Notes under the pieces: generated by a model
What the model saw: only the letters and a program-made list of their open reading frames with translations
Told to the model about the DNA's origin: nothing
Database searches by the model: none
Shown: positions 58,248 through 64,000 of the stretch, piece after piece
Layout of the letters: each line of letters begins with the position of its first letter
Numbering within the stretch: the stretch's first letter is position 1
Translations under genes and position numbers: made by a program
DNA from: Candidatus Obscuribacteraceae bacterium
GTDB taxonomy: Bacteria > Cyanobacteriota > Vampirovibrionia > Obscuribacterales > Obscuribacteraceae
Length of the DNA: 64,000 nt
Direction of reading: 5' to 3'
NCBI GenBank assembly: GCA_044229845.1
Contig: JBGASG010000004.1
Span: 384,001 to 448,000, forward strand

Positions 58248-59135
58248 TTAATCAAGTGGTCGCGGACTACCACCAAGTGAATCGGGACCGAAGGACCCGG
58301 GCAAGAGTTCGTCAAGCGTGGCGGTGGTCACCGTGCGCCCGACTCCGACCAGAAGTACCTGCGCGCCTTTGCCGCCAAATTCACGCAAAAACTGCAGCGA
58401 CGAGCCATCGATGACCGCATCCTGCAGCTCCAGTTTGTCGGCGCTGGCAGCGGCAACAATCACCGTGTCGATGCGATTGTATCCGGCGGACACCGCGGCG
58501 GCGATTGCACAACACTCAGCCGAGATACTGGACGGATAGCTGGCATTATCGAGCTGGACGCCCGGGAATTTTTCAAGTTCGCCCTTGTCTCTCGCACCAA
58601 ATGCGATGGCGGCCCGGCGCCGGCGAGAATAGGGCACATAGGCATCAGCCAGCATGCCTATGACTTCGTCGACGAGCGTTTGCTCTTCAGAACTCAAATT
58701 GTCGTACTGGCGTTTCGTTCGCTTGGATGGGGTGGGCAAGAGGCTCCACACCTTGACCCGCCGAACGTTGCAGTCCTTGTCCAGAATCGAGAGGAAAACA
58801 GCATCGGTGTCTGCATACTGGCACAATGCCTGACGGCAGATGCCGCAAGGAAAACCGCCGGGCGAATCGGGACAGATGACCGCCGCGTGCGTGATAGATC
58901 GATAGCCTTCCTGGACAGCGGTTGTAATTGCATTCTGCTCACCGCAGACAATCACTGAGAAAGCGTCGTTCGCCACGTTACAACCGCGGAACAGCTTGGC
59001 TTCGTCCTGCGCATTCACCGCCCATATGGCGCTGCCGACCGGAAAGTGATCCCAGCCGCGCGTCGGTTCCTGAGCCGAAAGATCTGCCTTCTTAACTACC
59101 GCGCCGATTAGCGCGGTCTGATTTGTCTGTTTCAT
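58248..59135 (-). CDS. Cytidine deaminase-like protein, fused two-domain
   Basis: Domain 1 FPVGSA, GCNV.N, CGE, PCGICRQ; domain 2 AYVPYS, NASY, SAE, without the PCxxC motif. Confidence 0.8.
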   Translation of the reverse strand: MKQTNQTALIGAVVKKADLSAQEPTRGWDHFPVGSAIWAVNAQDEAKLFRGCNVANDAFSVIVCGEQNAITTAVQEGYRSITHAAVICPDSPGGFPCGICRQALCQYADTDAVFLSILDKDCNVRRVKVWSLLPTPSKRTKRQYDNLSSEEQTLVDEVIGMLADAYVPYSRRRRAAIAFGARDKGELEKFPGVQLDNASYPSSISAECCAIAAAVSAGYNRIDTVIVAAASADKLELQDAVIDGSSLQFLREFGGKGAQVLLVGVGRTVTTATLDELLPGSFGPDSLGGSPRPLD

Positions 59136-59388
59136 GACGCCCCCAAGCTCGTGCAGTTTACAACGAGTCCGGCGCCTGTGCCACCCTGACTTGCCACCAT
59201 TAGCCCCTCTTCATTGTTCTCGAACTTACTATGTCTTTTAGTTGCAAAACCCAAAAGCGAAATGACGCTGGCGTTTGCCGTCTCGACTGTCTGCCATCGA
59301 TCGACACAGAGCGCCGATAGCGCCACCGTTAATGGTGGCACTACCGGCGCTCTCTGCGTGGAGATCTCGCACTGCGACGGAGCAGGAG

Positions 59389-59703
59389 CTAGAAATCGAG
59401 CGCTGCGTAGGGCTCGTGCGGAATGAAGAACCGACAGTATTTGTGCCGCCCCAAGCACAAATGGAGGTCAGTGATCAAACCGCAACGATCGACGCTCACC
59501 TTCTCGATAACCGCCCAGACGCGCTCGCCGACCGAGAGCGTCTCTCCGCCTTTGAGTTCCATGCGCGGAATGAACGCCTTCACCCAACCGTCCACCGTCA
59601 CCAGGTAGGCAGTCGGATACTCGGCGCGCTCCGGGTCAGGAACGGCTGTGCAATAGGCCCGTTTGATAGTGCCCGGTGCAAAGCCTCCAGATGCATGTGT
59701 CAT
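59389..59703 (-). CDS. S1/OB-fold-like small protein
   Basis: YLVTVDGWVKAFIPRMEL...LSVGERVWAVIEKV; GGAG RBS. Confidence 0.6.
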   Translation of the reverse strand: MTHASGGFAPGTIKRAYCTAVPDPERAEYPTAYLVTVDGWVKAFIPRMELKGGETLSVGERVWAVIEKVSVDRCGLITDLHLCLGRHKYCRFFIPHEPYAALDF

Positions 59704-59713
59704 TTCCTCTCCT

Positions 59714-60037
59714 TTACAGGTCATTCAGGAAGCACTTGTCGGTGAGCTCGATGTACGCGTGCTCGATGCCCAGCTCGCAACCCGGCGCGCAGTCGCAGTA
59801 GAACGTGAAGTGCAAACGCACACCAGTTTCGATCGTCTCGATGCCTTCGACCTTTGTCTGATCAGGCCAACAGCGATCTAGGAGCATTTGGCAGCGCTGC
59901 TCCGGGTCATTCACTGGTCCGTGCCATTCTTCACGCCGCCGGTCCAGCTCCGTCAGCTGGTCCAGTTCACCCGCGGTGAGCATCGGGATCGTCTGGTTCG
60001 CAACCCACTCCTCGCGTGAGTGACGGGGACTGCTCAT
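59714..60037 (-). CDS. Hypothetical protein with Cys cluster
   Basis: YCDCAPGC; packed in the gene string. Confidence 0.5.
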   Translation of the reverse strand: MSSPRHSREEWVANQTIPMLTAGELDQLTELDRRREEWHGPVNDPEQRCQMLLDRCWPDQTKVEGIETIETGVRLHFTFYCDCAPGCELGIEHAYIELTDKCFLNDL

Positions 60038-60073
60038 AGTGAGACCGCCTTTCTTCTTCAATCAACTTGCTTG

Positions 60074-60577
60074 TTATGCAAACCGCAGGAGGCGGTGCAC
60101 CATTGCCACGACCAGCGCCGTAAACAAGAACACGCAGTGCGTGATCACGTGACGCACCCAGACATCGGTGGGCACCTCAGTCACGATGATGTCCTCCAAC
60201 AGCTTGGCACTGGAGTATCCGACGAATGCAAGTCCAACCTTGACCTTCATGGTCACGATGTTGATGTGCTCGAGCCACTCGGGTCCGTTTGTCCTCACGA
60301 TTCGCCGGATGTAGATGTGGTGTCCGCCCATGATCACCGATATCAAAAGCCACTCGGTCATCGCTTCTTCCAGCAGCTCAACCACTGCCAGAACCAGATC
60401 ATTGCCGCTTCTATCACCAACGACGTAGGCACCGAAATGGTAGATGAGCTGTGCCGCTTCACTCAGCATGTGCACCAAATAGACAACGGCGCACACCAGC
60501 AAAACGAGCTGGACCAAGTAAAGAATCCAGCGCGTCCGGTAAATCAAGTCGTCGATCTTCTTGTCGCGCATCTGCAT
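60074..60577 (-). CDS. YqhA/UPF0114-like membrane protein
   Basis: Four TMs; VVELLE, WLEHIN...MKVKVG...SSAKLLE, H..FL pattern. Confidence 0.7.
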   Translation of the reverse strand: MQMRDKKIDDLIYRTRWILYLVQLVLLVCAVVYLVHMLSEAAQLIYHFGAYVVGDRSGNDLVLAVVELLEEAMTEWLLISVIMGGHHIYIRRIVRTNGPEWLEHINIVTMKVKVGLAFVGYSSAKLLEDIIVTEVPTDVWVRHVITHCVFLFTALVVAMVHRLLRFA

Positions 60578-60632
60578 CTCTTTCGACTCGAGTATCTTTC
60601 AGTTCTGACTCTGCACGACATTGAGCAACTGA

Positions 60633-61370
60633 TCAGCAGTTAGGTAGGTTGTACAGCAGCGTCTGCAGCACCTCGTTGCTCGACCACTGGTCGCCGAACT
60701 TTTCGGCCCAGTCCAACAACTTCGCAACCAGCTGCACCGCCCGCAGATCCTCGGACGGCACCAGCTGGAAAACTGCTGCCCGCGCCGAGTGCTCGATGTT
60801 CCTCGCCCCGAGCGCGATCGGGTCGAAACGCGAATCACACACCGGCAGCAGCTGGGTGAGATTGAAGCCCTCGCGATCGACATCCGCCAGACCCAGGCGA
60901 GCCAGGTCGGCCTCCCAGACTGCTTGCGAAGCCAATTCGACCGCCACGCGCAGCTTGTTGGCCAGCACGAAACGCTTGAGTGACGCCTCCAGCGGTTTTT
61001 CCGGCCGGGGCGCCCAGGTGGTGCCCGGGAACCGAGCACTGTCGTAGAGTCCAGGCGGCTTCTGAATCTGTGCGATTTCGCGCAGCAGCTCCGCGTCGGT
61101 GCCGGCGGCCTGCCATGCCCGTCCGTGAGCCGTCGCGAAAAGCTGGTAAAGACCATCGCGGCAAGCATTGAGCGTGCCGACCCGGTGCGAAACCTGTGCT
61201 TTCAGCAAGTCGGTCTCGCGGTGGGTGAGATGGTTGTTCTGAAAGCACAGTGCTTCCAGACGCCTGCGCGACTCAAGCGTGGCGTCGCGGGCGGCCTTGA
61301 CCTTGGCGATCGCGGCGACGACAGCCTCGCAGTAGCGACGAGCGCTGGTAGTCGGCGTTTTGTCTGTCAT
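60633..61370 (-). CDS. Hypothetical helical protein
   Basis: 245-aa ORF in the co-oriented string. Confidence 0.6.
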   Translation of the reverse strand: MTDKTPTTSARRYCEAVVAAIAKVKAARDATLESRRRLEALCFQNNHLTHRETDLLKAQVSHRVGTLNACRDGLYQLFATAHGRAWQAAGTDAELLREIAQIQKPPGLYDSARFPGTTWAPRPEKPLEASLKRFVLANKLRVAVELASQAVWEADLARLGLADVDREGFNLTQLLPVCDSRFDPIALGARNIEHSARAAVFQLVPSEDLRAVQLVAKLLDWAEKFGDQWSSNEVLQTLLYNLPNC

Positions 61371-61423
61371 GGTGATTCCGTTCTTTCGAGTCTGGATTTC
61401 GGTTTGAATGAATGCGGCCTACT

Positions 61424-61792
61424 TCAGTTGCTGCGCCAGCCTCCCTCCTCTCTCACGACCTCCGACAACTCATCCCGGAGGGCCAGTTGGGCAAGAAACT
61501 TTCGTTCGAAGACTCTCAGTTCGCGCCGGTTGGCACGCCGGATGCGCATGGCACCGACCTTTCTTTTGATGTGGGCGAGGGTCTTCGTCGGCAAGCGCGG
61601 TCGCTTGCCCTTGGAGGTTACGTCGGCGGCGATCACTTCCCGCTCTTCGTCGGTGGGCTCGCGGTCGCGGCGCGCCTTGCAGTTGGTGCACCGGAAGCGC
61701 AGCATCATGTCGCCTCGAATCAGCCAGAAACTCTTGCCGCTGGCGGTGACTGTCTTCTTACACTTGGTGCAGTCCCAGATGTCAGTGATCAT
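61424..61792 (-). CDS. Basic zinc-ribbon protein
   Basis: CTKC...CTNC followed by an Arg/Lys-rich helix; start overlaps the upstream gene end. Confidence 0.55.
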   Translation of the reverse strand: MITDIWDCTKCKKTVTASGKSFWLIRGDMMLRFRCTNCKARRDREPTDEEREVIAADVTSKGKRPRLPTKTLAHIKRKVGAMRIRRANRRELRVFERKFLAQLALRDELSEVVREEGGWRSN

Positions 61793-62216
61793 GTTGGTCC
61801 CGTCGTTTCTGTTCGTCGGCGGCCACCTCCGAGAGCATCCGCAGCCTGTCGAGGTCATGCAGAAAGTCTCGGAGGTACGCTTCCATGATCTTCTGGTTGG
61901 CACGCCGCTCTTGACGCACCATCCATTTCTCTTTGACCGACCCGCCCGAACTGATCGAACGCTGCGTCGGTCGCCCAAATAACTCCGATTCGTCCGTTGC
62001 CACCAGCGTAGCGACCTGCTGGTGCTGCTCGTGAATCCGGCAGTTACGGCAGCGAGCCGTGTCGGGTCGCGGGTGAGCACTGCGGCTGCCCGCCAGGACA
62101 CGCTTGCACAAGTCACAGACCAGCGAGTCCCGATACAGGTTGAGCTTCGGCAGCAGCCAGGCGGCGATCGGCATGGCAACAGCCAGCACGAGCAAACCGC
62201 AAATCAAATCACTCAT
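61782..62216 (-). CDS. Membrane-anchored zinc-finger hypothetical protein
   Basis: AAGGAG RBS; N-terminal TM, CDLC...CRNC. Confidence 0.6.
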   Translation of the reverse strand: MSDLICGLLVLAVAMPIAAWLLPKLNLYRDSLVCDLCKRVLAGSRSAHPRPDTARCRNCRIHEQHQQVATLVATDESELFGRPTQRSISSGGSVKEKWMVRQERRANQKIMEAYLRDFLHDLDRLRMLSEVAADEQKRRDQHDH

Positions 62217-62607
62217 CAAACTCTCCTTGTCTGTCTTCGAAGCCACTATGCAGCAGCGCACAAACGGCAGGGACGCCGCGTGCCACCGTCCTGGGGGGGC
62301 AGTTGCGACAGCGGAACGTGTCGGCACCGCAGGCGACACCAACCGGTCGTGCCGCACAACGGTTAGTACGCGAACGCACGCCGCCGGCGGCGCACTGCTC
62401 ACAGGGCACACCGACCGACTTGCCGCCGCCAGCCAGATCATCTGCGGGCTGCGATGCCAGCAGTGTTATGGCATTATCTCTCTCGGCGCCGGCAGCTTTG
62501 AGCCGTTCGTCACGCGCCGCTGCATCCAGCCCTGGTTGCGACTGAATCTGCGTCACCAAAGCTGCATGCGCTTTCTGAATCGCTGCCATTTTTTGCAAGA
62601 AACTCAC
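62209..62607 (-). CDS. Hypothetical protein with Cys pairs
   Basis: AAGGAG RBS + GTG; CEQC, CRNC, CAL. Confidence 0.6.
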   Translation of the reverse strand: MSFLQKMAAIQKAHAALVTQIQSQPGLDAAARDERLKAAGAERDNAITLLASQPADDLAGGGKSVGVPCEQCAAGGVRSRTNRCAARPVGVACGADTFRCRNCPPRTVARGVPAVCALLHSGFEDRQGEFDE

Positions 62608-62638
62608 GGGAGCTCCTTCCTGTTTCTCATCTGAAAGC

Positions 62639-63601
62639 TCAGCGTGAACGGCCCTTCAGTACACGCAGAGCCTGTCGCAGCAAGGGATCTTGCTGCACGA
62701 TACCAAACCGAGATGCATCCAGCTGCATCGCAGTGGCGGTGCCCGGCAGGTTCGGCATCACTCCGAAACGTTGCTTCTGCCCATCTCCCAGCCAGTGTCC
62801 GCCGGGTGAGTAGTACCGGCTGGCGGTGATTTGCAGAAGCGCCGCTCCATTGAGCGACACATGCTTCTGCAGATTTCCCTTGCCGACGGTTTGCTCACCC
62901 AGGACCAGAGAACCGTTCTCCTGTAAGAGCCTGGCCAAGATTTCGGCGGCGCTGGCGGTATTGCGGTCAACGAGAACTACAACCTGCTGACCGCGCAACG
63001 AGTACACGAGGCGCCGCTTTTCGGAAACGACCCGCGTCCGCCACCAGGGCAGAGACGACGATGTACTCACCGTTTCTCGCTGGGCGTTTATGAAATACGC
63101 CCGGGTGACCTGTTTCCAGGGATGCACGCGCTCGCTGATGCTCCCGAGCGGTCCTTCAGGCAGCATCAGCTGAGCGCAATTGAGCGCCAACTCGACTTGA
63201 CCGCCAAGATTCGCACGCAAATCGAGCACCAACCCGTTGAATTTCACGAGCCGCGAGATCGCCCTCTGCAACTGCCAATCGCAGTCGTCGGGCATGAAAT
63301 CCTCGATGCGAACATAGCCGCCGTCACCAATCAGTTGACTGGTGACGGCGACCGGCTGACGGGTGAGCAGGCGAATGCGAGACTGAGCGGAGGCGTCGTA
63401 CAGGCAGGTAAACTCGTCCTGCAACGACGCCACCATCGTCTGCGCATAACCCAGCGCATCGTCGGTCGAATGAATGAGCTTGTCGAAACGATGCTCCCAA
63501 CCGCGCCAGTTTGACAGCCTGGAGCGATCGAAGTACATCTGCCGCACCAGTTTCCAGATGTGATGGTAAATCTGGACGGGCTCAGCGAATCGTATGTTCA
63601 T
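62639..63601 (-). CDS. S41 family (C-terminal processing-type) serine peptidase lacking PDZ and signal peptide
   Basis: LDLRANLGG, TASAAE (Ser), TVGKG (Lys), GVMP; AGGAG RBS. Confidence 0.85.
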   Translation of the reverse strand: MNIRFAEPVQIYHHIWKLVRQMYFDRSRLSNWRGWEHRFDKLIHSTDDALGYAQTMVASLQDEFTCLYDASAQSRIRLLTRQPVAVTSQLIGDGGYVRIEDFMPDDCDWQLQRAISRLVKFNGLVLDLRANLGGQVELALNCAQLMLPEGPLGSISERVHPWKQVTRAYFINAQRETVSTSSSLPWWRTRVVSEKRRLVYSLRGQQVVVLVDRNTASAAEILARLLQENGSLVLGEQTVGKGNLQKHVSLNGAALLQITASRYYSPGGHWLGDGQKQRFGVMPNLPGTATAMQLDASRFGIVQQDPLLRQALRVLKGRSR

Positions 63602-63615
63602 GGCGCTCCTAAGCG

Positions 63616-63999
63616 CTAGTCGGTGGGGATCACCGGCACCGGCGACGCGGAGAGGATGACGACCCGGTCCTGGAAGCCGACGATGCGCGCCTGCACGCAG
63701 TCACCCAGATTGAGGGCTTCGAACTGCTCGTCGGAGACGTCGTACCAGCTGAGGTATCCCGCCTGACCGCAGGGCAGCACAATCTCGTACTGTCCATTGG
63801 AGTTTTCACCGACGATGCGCGCGGAGACGACCTCGCCCACGAGGTGTTCCTCCGGTAGCGGATTCATCGACACCGTGAACGGAACGCTCTGCTCCTCCAG
63901 CCTGGCGGCGACGTCGGCGACGTTGACCGGCTGCTTGCCCTGCTGGAGAAGCTTCACGACCTTAGCCACTTTGCGCGTGCGCCGCCAGATGCGGATGTG
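63616..63999 (-). CDS. S1-domain-containing protein, 5' end beyond window
   Basis: VGEVVSARIV...GYL...LGDCVQARIV..RVVILS; frame is open to the window edge. Confidence 0.6.
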   Translation of the reverse strand, partial: HIRIWRRTRKVAKVVKLLQQGKQPVNVADVAARLEEQSVPFTVSMNPLPEEHLVGEVVSARIVGENSNGQYEIVLPCGQAGYLSWYDVSDEQFEALNLGDCVQARIVGFQDRVVILSASPVPVIPTD

Positions 64000-64000
64000 C

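Overview
Bacterial chromosomal window, most consistent with a non-photosynthetic cyanobacterial relative (Vampirovibrionia/Melainabacteria, Obscuribacterales-like). This is an inference from the cyanobacterial-type GuaA segment and the signalling gene repertoire. Recognisable genes: a Tad/Flp pilus edge (cpaE-like, two cpaB paralogs), guaA, a NemR-like TetR regulator, peptidases (C11, M16, M28, S41), a GT87, a cysteine desulfurase, an Slt-type lytic transglycosylase, DUF4139/DUF2339 proteins, a GH25 muramidase, a Ser/Thr kinase, two-component genes, a lipid acyltransferase/acyl-CoA dehydrogenase operon and a fused cytidine deaminase. These are interleaved with strings of orphan genes (about 20.9-26.1 kb and 59.4-64 kb). 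No rRNA, tRNA, CRISPR array, integrase or transposase was recognised. Strongest observations: (1) a single-chain double sensor kinase whose two halves have lost complementary functions (module 1 keeps the ATPase but lacks the phospho-His; module 2 keeps the His but has a degenerate ATPase); (2) four copies of a NemR-type operator defining a local regulon; (3) a shared ~40-bp promoter/leader element in front of a Ser/Thr kinase gene and a PAS histidine kinase gene 13.6 kb apart; (4) hidden paralog families and a nested small gene in the orphan island; (5) a Planctomycete-type secreted protein. All family calls come from motif recognition by eye, not database searches.
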